Assembly (NCBI GenBank): GCA_963422375.2
Contig: OY729427.2
Location: 512,001-576,000 of the forward strand
DNA from: Bryobacterales bacterium
Lineage (GTDB): Bacteria; Acidobacteriota; Terriglobia; Bryobacterales; UBA6623
Direction of reading: 5' to 3'
Length of the DNA stretch: 64,000 bases
Below are positions 32,352-42,524 of the stretch, piece by piece. How positions within the stretch are numbered: the stretch's first letter is position 1; every line of letters starts with the position of its first letter. The notes below the pieces were generated by a model. The model did not search any database, was not told the DNA's origin, and was given only the letters and a program-made list of their open reading frames with translations. The translations under genes and the position numbers were made by a program.

Positions 32352-35156
32352 ATGCTCGCTCGAATGGCCCGTGCCCTCCCCGTCCTACTGTCCGCAGCGT
32401 TACTCCCGCTCGCGTTGCAAGTTCAAGCAGAGACCGTTTCCATCCGCGTGCGCCTTGGCATGCATGACACGGCCGAGACGGCTTGGGACGGATCGGCGTC
32501 CGTTACGGGCGGCAAGCTGCTGCTCGCCCGCGATTGGCACCCGCGCCCCGAGAACGAAGTAGACCCCTCGGGATCGTGGAAGCTGTCGACGCGCAAGGGA
32601 GTCAACTACAACTGGCGGGCCTACGAGAACCTGCCGGACGGCGAGGTCCAGCTGTACTACTGGACAACCGGAGTCGTACTCGACATCGAGTCCGCTCCCG
32701 CCGCCGCCGTGCGGATCAGGACGGCCCAAGGGGATTTCGGATTTCCGCTCAGCGACGCCCGGCTCGGAAGGCCGATGGAGTTCCTTGGCGGCAGGGTGGC
32801 AGTAGACCGCGTCCCGACTGTCGAGAAGCTTTCGACCGAAGATTACCAGGACGACTTCGCCACCATGCTGGGCGGAACGGACGGAGACGCCAGGGCGGCC
32901 TGGGTGGCGTTTCGCGACGGAGCCAGCGCAATCCTGACCCGAGCGTACGACGGCGAGTCCTGGGGCGCGGCCGAGACGGTGACCGAGGCTCCCGGCGACA
33001 TTCACATGGTCGAGATGGGCCGGGCCGGGGACGGCTCGATCTGGTTCGTCTGGGCCGCTCAGGCCGACGGCAACTTCGACATTTACGGGCGCTCCCTGCG
33101 CGAGGGCAGCTGGTCCGCGACGGAGAGGCTGACCGAGGCGCCGCAGCCGGACGTGCTCCCGGGCATCGTCGCGGCGAGCGACGGAAGTCTCTGGCTGGTG
33201 TGGCAGGGCTTCCGGGGCGGGCAGTCCGACATCCTCGCCAAGCGCTACGTCGACGGAGCATGGACAGTGGAGCAGCAGGTGTCGACTTCAGGAGCCAACG
33301 ACTGGGAGCCGGCCGTGGCGGCCGGCCTCAACGGCGAAGTGCATATCGCTTGGGACAGCTACGACTCCGGGAATTACGACGTAATGCTGCGCACTTGGGA
33401 CGGCGAGCGCTGGGCGGCCGCGGCCACGGCCATCGCGGACACCCCCCTCTATGAGGCGCACGTCGCGCTGGCGGTCGACCCCCAGAACCGCCTATGGGCG
33501 GCTTGGAACGAGAGCGGGCTGAACTGGGGCAAGGACACGGGCTTCCTGCTGCCGGTCGAGGGCACGCTGCTCTACGCGTACCGCTTCGTGCGCGTGGCGG
33601 TGCTCGACGGGAACACCTGGAAGGAACCGGCCGCGGACATCAACGCGGCGATGCCGACGCACATCGACCGCACCCACAACGACTTCCCCCAGCTGGCGGT
33701 CGATCCAGAGGGACGGGTCTGGGTATTCGGGCGGCATCGGACGATCCGCCAGCGAGACATGCCCAACGAGACCCCGCTGCACCGGGCCGCTTGGGAAATC
33801 TGGGCTTCGACGCTGGACGGCGGGAGCTGGACCGAGCCCTACGAGATACCGTTCAGCGCGGGGCGGCAGGACGTGCGCTGGGGCGTCGCGTCGGACGGGT
33901 CGGGCCATCTGGTGGCGACCTGGGCCTCGGACGGTCGCGACTTCTACGAATTCCTCTACGAGCATGCCGACGTGTACGCGGCCAAGCTGCCCGCGCTCGG
34001 CCGGTCCACGAAACCGCCGCAACTGCGCGTGCGGCCGGAGCGCCGGGTGCAGTATCACGACGTAGCACCGACCGAGCGCGAGGATCTCCGGCGCCTGCGC
34101 GCCTACGAGATCCAATCGGAAGGCCGAACCTACAAGATCTACCGCGGCGACACTCACCGCCACACCGAATTCTCGATGGACGGCAACAACGACGGCTCGC
34201 TATTCCAGGCCTACCGCTACGCGCTCGACGCGGCCAGCCTAGACTACATGCTGGTCAGCGAGCACAATTTTCAAGGCGGACCGGACAACGAGTACATCAA
34301 CTGGCTGCTGCAGCAGGCGGTTGACGTGTTTTCGGTTTCCGGCACGTTCCAGCCGTTCTACGGATACGAACGCTCGGTGCGCTATCCGGACGGTCACCGC
34401 AACATCCTCCTGCCGAAGCGCGGGACTCCCACGCTGCCGATCCTGCCCGAAGAGTCGAACCACGCCATGGGCGCGGAGCGCCTGTACGCGTATCTCAAGG
34501 GGAACGGCGGCATCGCCATCTCGCACACGCCCGCCACAGGGATGGGCACGGACTGGCGCGACAACGATCCGGAAGTGGAGCCGCTGGTTGAGATATTCCA
34601 GGGCGACCGCGTATCGGCGGAGTACGAGGGTGCGCCGCTGGCGGCGCACCGGGAGCGCCCGACGACCCAAGCGGGGGGCTTCCAGCCGGCCGGCTTCGTC
34701 TGGAACGCGTGGGCCAAGGGCTACAAGCTCGGCGTCCAAGTTGCCTCGGACCACTTGTCGACGCACTACTCTTACGCCTGCACGATCGCCGAGGACTTCA
34801 CGCGCGAGGGCCTGCTCGACGCGATGAAGCAGCGGCACAGCTACGGAGCGACGGATAACATCGTCCTAGACTACCGCTTGGTGGCGGGCAGCAAGGAGCA
34901 CCTTCAAGGCGACATCGTGAAGGTGGACGGTCCGTTCCGCTTGGCGGTCAAGGTTCTCGGCACGACGACGATCCGCCAGATCGACATCATCAAGAACCAG
35001 GAGTTCGTGTACACGAGCCAGAAGCTGCCGCAGGACGTCGAATTCAGCTTCGAAGATCCCGCTAAGACAGCCGGCGAGGACTACTACTACGTGCGGGTGG
35101 AGCAGAATGACGGCAATGTCGCATGGTCGTCGCCAATTTGGGTGACATCCGACTAG
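32352..35156 (+). CDS. large exported protein with beta-repeat N-region and C-terminal PHP-like (DUF3604/CehA-McbA-like) metallohydrolase domain
   Basis: Signal peptide; repeated W.AW/G..DI motifs; GDTHRHT.FSMDG, SEH, GHRN, SHT, ASDH and DYYYVRVEQ.DG..AWSSPIWV motifs. Confidence 0.8.
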   Translation: MLARMARALPVLLSAALLPLALQVQAETVSIRVRLGMHDTAETAWDGSASVTGGKLLLARDWHPRPENEVDPSGSWKLSTRKGVNYNWRAYENLPDGEVQLYYWTTGVVLDIESAPAAAVRIRTAQGDFGFPLSDARLGRPMEFLGGRVAVDRVPTVEKLSTEDYQDDFATMLGGTDGDARAAWVAFRDGASAILTRAYDGESWGAAETVTEAPGDIHMVEMGRAGDGSIWFVWAAQADGNFDIYGRSLREGSWSATERLTEAPQPDVLPGIVAASDGSLWLVWQGFRGGQSDILAKRYVDGAWTVEQQVSTSGANDWEPAVAAGLNGEVHIAWDSYDSGNYDVMLRTWDGERWAAAATAIADTPLYEAHVALAVDPQNRLWAAWNESGLNWGKDTGFLLPVEGTLLYAYRFVRVAVLDGNTWKEPAADINAAMPTHIDRTHNDFPQLAVDPEGRVWVFGRHRTIRQRDMPNETPLHRAAWEIWASTLDGGSWTEPYEIPFSAGRQDVRWGVASDGSGHLVATWASDGRDFYEFLYEHADVYAAKLPALGRSTKPPQLRVRPERRVQYHDVAPTEREDLRRLRAYEIQSEGRTYKIYRGDTHRHTEFSMDGNNDGSLFQAYRYALDAASLDYMLVSEHNFQGGPDNEYINWLLQQAVDVFSVSGTFQPFYGYERSVRYPDGHRNILLPKRGTPTLPILPEESNHAMGAERLYAYLKGNGGIAISHTPATGMGTDWRDNDPEVEPLVEIFQGDRVSAEYEGAPLAAHRERPTTQAGGFQPAGFVWNAWAKGYKLGVQVASDHLSTHYSYACTIAEDFTREGLLDAMKQRHSYGATDNIVLDYRLVAGSKEHLQGDIVKVDGPFRLAVKVLGTTTIRQIDIIKNQEFVYTSQKLPQDVEFSFEDPAKTAGEDYYYVRVEQNDGNVAWSSPIWVTSD

Positions 35157-36087
35157 CGAGCCTGCGCCTCGGAGTGGGGACCTACGCGGCACTCCATGGC
35201 TGCGGCAACCGCAGCACGGAACGTCAACGCTGCCATCGCAGAGCCCATCACGCCGGCGCGAGCAGGAGTTCACCGGCACTACTTCAGCGTGGGTCGGGCC
35301 CGGCTGGAGACCGGGACATGCCGTTCTCGTGAGGGCGCGGCGAGCGATGCACCGAGCCAGAATCCCTGATTCACAGGGTGATACCGGAATCGGCGAATCC
35401 CCGACAGTCTCGTCGATCCTGGCGCGGGCTCGAGGCGGGGACAAGCGACTCGAGCCCGCGTCTTGGCCATCAGGGAGCCGCGGCCGGGCCAAGAGGCCGA
35501 GTCGGAACCGCTAGAGGGGTATCAGGCACGCGAACGTCGTCGAAACTAGCAGCTGCTGATCCGCGTGGGGCCCGCTTGCAGCCCTTGCGCCGCTCCCGGG
35601 CGGTCGGCCGCGCCCTACCCGCGACATCGCAGACGACTACGGAATGTCGGAGGATTCGGCGATCGCAATCAGCACCTCGCAACGTGCCCGTCGTGCGGCA
35701 CTACACCGACCCGCCGCCAACGGGCCGCATCCGACAGCGCCTACAATGGTAAGGGAATCGAGATGCGCGGGCGCTGCTGCATGGGTCGCCGGGGCCAGGT
35801 GGCGGACTGCGGCACTATCCTAAGAGCAACACTGCCACGTGGTTCTCGTCCGTGGTTCACTGCCTGCCCCGCAGACCACTCGCGCTCGCCGCGATTCCCT
35901 TTCAGCCGCACTCGTGTCGGGACGTGGGCGATAGTGCGCGACAGTTTCTCGCTCCAGCTGAGCTGGGGAGCAAGGATTCGCGGAGCTTCCCGACCAGCCG
36001 CGGATGATCACTTGACAGCGCGCCGACGCCCAGATCGACCGGTTCCGCTCGCCATGAGCTAGGCTGGCCCGCGCCGAAGTTGCGAAC

Positions 36088-38844
36088 ATGCAATTCCGTC
36101 GAGAGGAGGCCAGCAGCTGGCGGGACGACGTGCCCGGAGCCCGGTGGTTCAAGGCCGACCTTCACATTCACACCATTGACGACCTTCCGGGAGGCAGGGC
36201 GAAAGTTCCGGCCGAACTGTCAGTGAGCCCCCGCAGCGAGAGCGGAATCAAGCGGTACGCCCGACTTTTCCTGCAGCGCTTAGTCGCTCAGGGAGTCACG
36301 GTGGCCGGTCTGACACCTCATTCCCCGAAGCTGGACGAGACACCCGATAGCAGTGTGGTCTGGGCTATCGTCAATGCATGGAACGCTGCGACGGACGCCG
36401 ACGGCGTCCCGTTCCGAGACAAGATTTACGCGGTATTCCCCGGCTTCGAACCGTCGCTTAGCGACGGTTCGACTGGACTTCATCTCCTCTTCCTGTTCGA
36501 TCCCGAGATCGGTCGCGAGCGGTACTTGAGGGCATTCGACCTAGTTATGGGAGGCGTGTCGCCTTGGCGCGACAAATCATTGAAGATTTCCAACCGAAGC
36601 GCCCGAAAAGCATTCAGTTCGTTGCGAGAGTTCAAAGCGCGTGAGCAATCCGGCTACGAGACGAGCGAGTGGGACTACGCTGTAGTCGCTCGTCATGTCA
36701 ATTCGCCAAAGGGCTTGCTCAGGGCCCAGAAATCACAGATTCTCGAGCTCTTTGAACACAAGGAAGTGTGCGCCTTCGAGCTCGGCGATAATCAACAACC
36801 GAAACGTCAAATCGACGCACGCCCTTGGTTGCTCGCAGGAATGCAAAAGCATCGCCAAGCGTTCATCCATAGCAGTGACGCGTATTCTCTAGACGAGATC
36901 GGAGTGCGCTTCACTTGGGTCAAGCTGGCTTGCCCGCGTATCGAAGCGCTACGCCAGGCCTTCGTCGCTAGCGATTCCCGCTTGCGCATTCCACCCAACT
37001 GGGACACGAAGTGCGCAACAGATCCCGCCGTAGATCCCTCGCTCCACCGTCATCCTTGGCTCAAGCAAGCAGTCATCCGCAACAGAGCTTCGTTCTTCAG
37101 CGCCCCAAGGAACGCCGCCGAAGAGACGCGGTTCCAATTCAGCCCCGACCTGACATGCGTGATCGGGGGCAGCATGACGGGCAAGAGCACTTTGCTGGAT
37201 GGTCTGAGAACACATTGCGGTGCCTCCCCGCCGACCGACCCAACTATCTCGCGGCATGTTTCGGATAGGGGACACTCCCGTTTCGGGGCAAGGTCTCCGG
37301 ATATCGACCTCGACATTCAGGGTGGCCTGCCCGCAGCGCCCGTTGACGAGCGGTGGCCTGCGCAATTCTTCAGCCAGAACGAGCTCCAGGCTCTGTCGCA
37401 GAACGCGATCGCGATCAACGGAATTCTCGGCAGTTTGGTTCCCAAAGAGGCGGAGATTATCGAGAAGATAGAGGTCGAAATGAGCGATCTGGACGACGAA
37501 CTAGGCGGGTTGGCAACGAGAGTGGACAAGCTCGAAAAGGACCTCGCTGTCGCGGAACAGGCCTGCCGAAAAGCAGCCCAAGCAACCGAGTCGCTTGCCC
37601 AGTATTCCGCAGCTGGAGTCGAGGACCTTCATCAAGCGGCCAAGTATCTTCGACGCTGGACTGACACGAATCAGAGCGCCCATTCGATTCGGGCGGCATT
37701 AACCGAGACGAGAGATGACCTGCGTGGGCTCGACATTCCAAGGCCCGCCTCAAATGGATCGGAAGAGCTGGCAGAGCAAGATGCCATCTCCACTGAATCC
37801 TCTGTTGCGCTGCTACGGGCACGGGTCGTGAAAAGACTCGATTCGATCGAGCGTGAGATTCTCGAATGGCTCGATCTCATCGACGAGGTGATTCGATCTC
37901 TGTCGGCCCATCAGGAGAATCTGCGTGCCACAGTGGAACAGCGCCTTGCAGAAAGCGGGCTTACCGCGGCGTCAATCATGGTAACCCGTGAGCTCGGCAA
38001 GCAGGCGTCGCTCCTCGCCAACTATTCCGCAGTCCTCAAGCAGACTCGGCGTGCAGCAACGGAGCACGGTAACAGATTCTTGCGGTTGCTGGAGCGTCGT
38101 TCGGCGCTTGTCAACGACCATCGAGAGGCATTCCGGCGGGTCACAGCGGGAATCGAGGGACGATTTGCTGGGATCATTCGCGTGCGTCGCGTGGACCACG
38201 GCATGTCCGAGTTACTCGAGCGTTTCTTGACGGGCTTGCGGTCCAGGGGAGTCACGAGATGGTGGAACCTACTAGCGGTCGACGAAAGGCCATCGCCCGA
38301 GAAACTCGTCCAATGCCTCGTGGACGGATGCCTTGATCGTGTCGGGATGACCGCGACGGTGCAAGAGAGCTTCCGAGATGCGCTGACAAAGTCGAAAAGG
38401 CGCGAGCTGAAGACTATCAGGTGCCCTGATAGGTATGTTGTCGAGTTGCAGATGGATTCCGGCAACTACCGTTCGCTAGACGAGCTCTCTGGAGGGCAGA
38501 GGGTCGGTGTGCTGCTGTCCCTTCTGTTGCAAACCGTCGATGACCGTCCGCTGGTGATTGATCAGCCGGAGGACGAGCTCGACAACCGCTTCTTGTCTGA
38601 TACGATTCTTCCCGCGCTCAAGCGCCTCAAGGGGCGGCGCCAAGTAATCGTTGCAACTCACAACGCCAACATTGTGGTGAACGGCGACGCCGACATGGTG
38701 ATCGAGCTCGAGGCAACCGCCGACCGAGGCTGGGTGTCGACCTCGGGCACGATCGAGGATCCGGCTGTACGGAACGCGATCGTCCGGACGGTCGATGGCG
38801 GTGCGGATGCGTTTCGCCTGCGACAGAGGAAATACGGATTCTAA
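36088..38844 (+). CDS. PHP-domain + ABC/SMC-like ATPase fusion (Ppl/TrlF-like), candidate anti-phage protein
   Basis: DLHIHT, HLLFLF and SSDAY (PHP); Walker A GGSMTGKST, coiled coil, LSGGQ, IDQPEDELDN, ATHNAN; lower GC than flanks. Confidence 0.85.
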   Translation: MQFRREEASSWRDDVPGARWFKADLHIHTIDDLPGGRAKVPAELSVSPRSESGIKRYARLFLQRLVAQGVTVAGLTPHSPKLDETPDSSVVWAIVNAWNAATDADGVPFRDKIYAVFPGFEPSLSDGSTGLHLLFLFDPEIGRERYLRAFDLVMGGVSPWRDKSLKISNRSARKAFSSLREFKAREQSGYETSEWDYAVVARHVNSPKGLLRAQKSQILELFEHKEVCAFELGDNQQPKRQIDARPWLLAGMQKHRQAFIHSSDAYSLDEIGVRFTWVKLACPRIEALRQAFVASDSRLRIPPNWDTKCATDPAVDPSLHRHPWLKQAVIRNRASFFSAPRNAAEETRFQFSPDLTCVIGGSMTGKSTLLDGLRTHCGASPPTDPTISRHVSDRGHSRFGARSPDIDLDIQGGLPAAPVDERWPAQFFSQNELQALSQNAIAINGILGSLVPKEAEIIEKIEVEMSDLDDELGGLATRVDKLEKDLAVAEQACRKAAQATESLAQYSAAGVEDLHQAAKYLRRWTDTNQSAHSIRAALTETRDDLRGLDIPRPASNGSEELAEQDAISTESSVALLRARVVKRLDSIEREILEWLDLIDEVIRSLSAHQENLRATVEQRLAESGLTAASIMVTRELGKQASLLANYSAVLKQTRRAATEHGNRFLRLLERRSALVNDHREAFRRVTAGIEGRFAGIIRVRRVDHGMSELLERFLTGLRSRGVTRWWNLLAVDERPSPEKLVQCLVDGCLDRVGMTATVQESFRDALTKSKRRELKTIRCPDRYVVELQMDSGNYRSLDELSGGQRVGVLLSLLLQTVDDRPLVIDQPEDELDNRFLSDTILPALKRLKGRRQVIVATHNANIVVNGDADMVIELEATADRGWVSTSGTIEDPAVRNAIVRTVDGGADAFRLRQRKYGF

Positions 38845-38853
38845 GGCAAGGGC

Positions 38854-40056
38854 ATGGAATGGATCAAAATCCTGCACAGAATTCGCGAGGGTGAGGGCGA
38901 CCGAACCGAGTTCAAGCGCGGCCTTGGCAGGGACCTCAGCAGTGTCGGCAAGGCGATTTGCGCATTCGCGAATTCCGATGGCGGTGTGCTGATTCTAGGC
39001 ATCTCCGACTCCGGGGAGATTATTGGAGTCACCGAGAACTCCGAGCGCGTCCAAGAACGGCTAACATCGTTTCTGCAGTCCGGACTCAGCGCTCCGGTTC
39101 CTGCGCGGTGCGGTCGGCACGATGCACAGGGAGGTTGGGTACATTGGATCGATGTCCGTCGCGAGCGCGGTTTGGAGCCGCTCCGCCACAACGGGAAGGT
39201 GTGGGTCCGCCGGGCGCGGAGTTCCGTGGAACCGAGCCCTAGCGAGCTTCAGGAACTATACAACGCCTTCGGCTTCGTTCTCACCGAGAATCAGGTGATT
39301 CGCAGAGCCGGTCCCGACGCTATCGACATCGATCTCTTTCGCTCCTTCCAGCGAGACCGGGGGATTGACATTGATTCACCCCCGCAAGTTGCATTGGAAT
39401 CGGACCTGCTGAATCAACAGGTGCTGTCGGACGATGACGGTCAACTATGCCCCACGCTCTACGGCCTGCTGCTATTCGGACGGGACCCTCAGGGCCATCC
39501 GCACACAACCAACTTTTTCGTGAGATGCGCCTGCTACCGAGGAGACGACCAGGCTTCAAGCGTGCTCAGCGTCGCCGACGCAAGGGCGACCGTGGTCGAT
39601 CAAGTGAGGCGGTCAGTTGGCTGGTTTCGGAGCCTCGGAGGTAGCGAGCGCTACCCAAGCCCGTTTCGGGAAGATCGACCGCTGCTGCCGGAACGCGCTC
39701 TCCGCGAGGCGATCGTCAATGCCGTAATCCACAGGGACTACGCCGTTACCGGCTCGACAGTGCTACTCGAGGTGTTCCGGCAGCGAGTCGTGATCACTAG
39801 TCCGGGAGTCTTGCCGAACCACATGACGGTCGAACGAGCGAGGGGAGGCGGCGGTCCGCGGTCTCGGAATGAACTCGTGGCAAACGCAATGGTAGTTCGG
39901 CGATTGATGGAGCAGCGAGGTCGAGGATGGCCGCTCATGCGACGCGCTATGTTCGAATTCAACGGTACGGAGCCGGAGCTGGAGAACGACACCGACAATC
40001 GGCTGGTGCGGGTGACGTTCCGACTGGGGAAGGAGGCCGAGACGAGCGCCCCTTGA
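38854..40056 (+). CDS. Schlafen/AlbA_2 domain + HATPase_c_4 (RecG-C-like) protein
   Basis: EGDRTEFKR, ICAFANSDGGVLILGISDSGEIIG; ALREAIVNAVIHRDY, SPG.LP, SRNELVA, MEQRGRG. Confidence 0.88.
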   Translation: MEWIKILHRIREGEGDRTEFKRGLGRDLSSVGKAICAFANSDGGVLILGISDSGEIIGVTENSERVQERLTSFLQSGLSAPVPARCGRHDAQGGWVHWIDVRRERGLEPLRHNGKVWVRRARSSVEPSPSELQELYNAFGFVLTENQVIRRAGPDAIDIDLFRSFQRDRGIDIDSPPQVALESDLLNQQVLSDDDGQLCPTLYGLLLFGRDPQGHPHTTNFFVRCACYRGDDQASSVLSVADARATVVDQVRRSVGWFRSLGGSERYPSPFREDRPLLPERALREAIVNAVIHRDYAVTGSTVLLEVFRQRVVITSPGVLPNHMTVERARGGGGPRSRNELVANAMVVRRLMEQRGRGWPLMRRAMFEFNGTEPELENDTDNRLVRVTFRLGKEAETSAP

Positions 40057-40845
40057 TCGGGGTGGGAAGCCCGCGCGGCGGTCTCCGAAGTCTCTGGCCG
40101 TGGCGACACAGTAGATTCCCTTTCGATACTCGCTCGCATCACGAGGGTCTCGGTCAGCGGCAGCGGATGGCACCAACGGTACGGGCGGGTCGCGACCAAG
40201 GGCGGCAGGCTGGCTCCCAGCGCGTGTCAACCCCGTTCCCGGACGTCCTCGCCCTCGGGCCGCACGAGGAATCGCTCGGCGCCGGCCGATCCAAGTCTCA
40301 CGCGACGCGCACTGGAACACGCTCGGTCCGCCAGCCCGCCACCGCCACGCGGCGGGGCCCGCTGACTGCGGGAGGCCCGGGTAGAGTCCAGCGGCCATGG
40401 GCAGTCAAGCCCCAGACGCTTCTCGGGCTGCTCGATGCGCGGGATGCCCTCCTCTAAGCGAGACTCCAAGGCTTCCCGGGCGGGAATCACACAGATTGCA
40501 GAACTGACTGCCCCGGATATGGCTATACACGTTTCCCGCGAAGGTGATCATGTCACCGCCGAGCTGCGGACACGGTGTCCCTTGACAATCGGACAGCGCT
40601 TTCTCTCGATGATTCGCCAAAGGCGAGCCCCCAAGGCAAGACGAATCGGACGGGCGGCCTAGCCCGGATAATTCATGAGCAGCCCGGAGGGCCATAGTCC
40701 GGTCCCTCCGCCCGGGCCGTGAGGGCCCCGGTCCAGCGCGATCCTCACTCCTACGAGTGCCCTGCGATCCCCGGCGGCAGCCCCGGCCCGGTCCGATTGA
40801 GATCCAAGTTTATATATTGAAGTGGTTTTCATCCGGTAGTTTATA

Positions 40846-42368
40846 ATGAATACATGGTCGCATCCGCAGGCTCCCAAGGCGTTCTGTTCCGCAATCCGCG
40901 CCGTCGCCGTCCGCTTCGATCACGAGCGCAGCAGCTCCGACGGCGGCGCTGTCCCGGTCGAGGCCGCCGACCGCGCTCCCGGCCTCACCGCGGCCTTCGC
41001 CGGCTGCCTGCGCGACCGGCGCCAGCCCTCCGAGGTGCTCCACTCCCTCGCGGACATGCTCCGCCAGCGCATCCACGGCCTCGCCTGCGGCTAGGAGGAC
41101 TGCAACGACGCCGGGCGCCTCGGCGGCGACCCCGTGTTCAAGCTGCCGCTCGGGCGCGACCCCTGGCAGGGCCGCGACCTGCCGTCCCGGCCCACCCTGT
41201 CGCGCTTCGAGAACGCCGTCACCGCGGACGCGCCGAGCGCGCTGTCCGCGGTTCTCGCCCGCTGCGTCGTCCGGCGCCGGCACGAGCGGCGCCCCGAGAC
41301 CAGGATCGTCGAGCTGGACTTCGACCCGACCTGCGAGCCGACGCACGAGGGCCGGCAGCTGGCGCTGTTCAACGGCTTCTGCGACACGCATTGCTACTTG
41401 CCTTGCTACTTGCCGCTGGTGGGCGTGGTGCGCTTCGACGACGAGCGCGAGCGGCATCTCGTGGCGGCGCTGCTGCGCTCGGGCACGGCCGCCGCCGCGG
41501 AGGGCTTGCTGCCGCTGCTGGAGCGCTTGCTGCCGCTGCTGCGGGAATTCTTCCCGCGGGCGACGCTGCGCCTGCGCCTGGACGCGGGCTTCCAAGGGGA
41601 CGAGCTGCCGGCCTATGGCGAGCGCGAGGGCCTGGAGTACGTGGCGTGCCGCAGAAGAACGCGGTGCCGGAGCGGCGCGCGGCCCCGTTGCGGGCGGCCG
41701 TCGAGGCCCGGCGCGCGCGCGGCGGCACCCCGGGCACGGACCCCGGCGGGGCCGCGGCGGCCGCGGGGGACCCGCCGTCCCGGCTGGAGCAGTTGCGGGC
41801 GAAGTACGCGCGGCTGGGAGCCGGCACGCAAGGGGGCCGGCCGGTCGCGGAGGACGCGTGCAGCGGCCCGGGCCCGCTGCACGGGCAGTTCGTCTACCGG
41901 GCGGGCCGCCGGTCGCGGGCGCGGCGGGTGATCGTCAAGGCGGACGTGAGCGAGTTTCCCGGGCGCGCCCCGAAGTGGAACCCGCGCTACGCGGTGACCA
42001 ACGCGGGCGGCAGCCCGCAGCGCCTCTACGAGCGGATCCACTGCCTGCGCGGAGACGTGGAGAACCGCGTCAAGGAGCTCAAGCAAGGGATGCGGATGGA
42101 CCGCGCCAACTGCTCGAGCTTCGCGGCGAACCGGTTCCGCGTGCCGCTCGCGGCGGCGGCCTGCGCGATCATGCAGGAACTGCGCTGGCAGGCACGGGAC
42201 ACGCCGCTGCGGAAGCGCCGGGTGGACGGGTTGCGCCTCGGCCTGCTGAAGCCGGGGGCGCGGGTCGCGGCCACGGCGCAGCGGATCGTGCCGCACGTGC
42301 CGCGGACGGCACCGTTCCGGGACGCCTGGGTGGTGGTGGCGCGGGGCTTGGGGGCCGTGCCGAGATGA
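40846..42368 (+). pseudogene. IS1380 transposase pseudogene
   Basis: SSDGG, RQRI.GLACG*EDCND, PTLSRFEN, LDFDPT, RLDAGF and RGDVENRVKELK motifs; in-frame TAG at 41092-41094; frameshifts near 40885 and 41648. Confidence 0.92.
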
Positions 42369-42524
42369 CGCCGGGCCGGGTCAATCCGGAGAGTGTCGGC
42401 AGGCGCCGGGCGTCGCCGGGGGAAACCGTGCCTGCCCTCCGGGCGGGTGCTGCCGAGGAGGTGTCCGCGGCTCGCCCGCCGCTCGCGAGACGCCCCGCAA
42501 GCCCCGCCCGCAGGCGTTTCGGAA

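Noticed and set aside
40060..40658. Third gene of the candidate defence operon
   Set aside because: Only short, motif-less ORFs; no product could be supported.
41092..41094. Stop-codon recoding of the in-frame TAG in IS1380
   Set aside because: The gene is otherwise frameshifted, and TAG terminates normal genes in this window.
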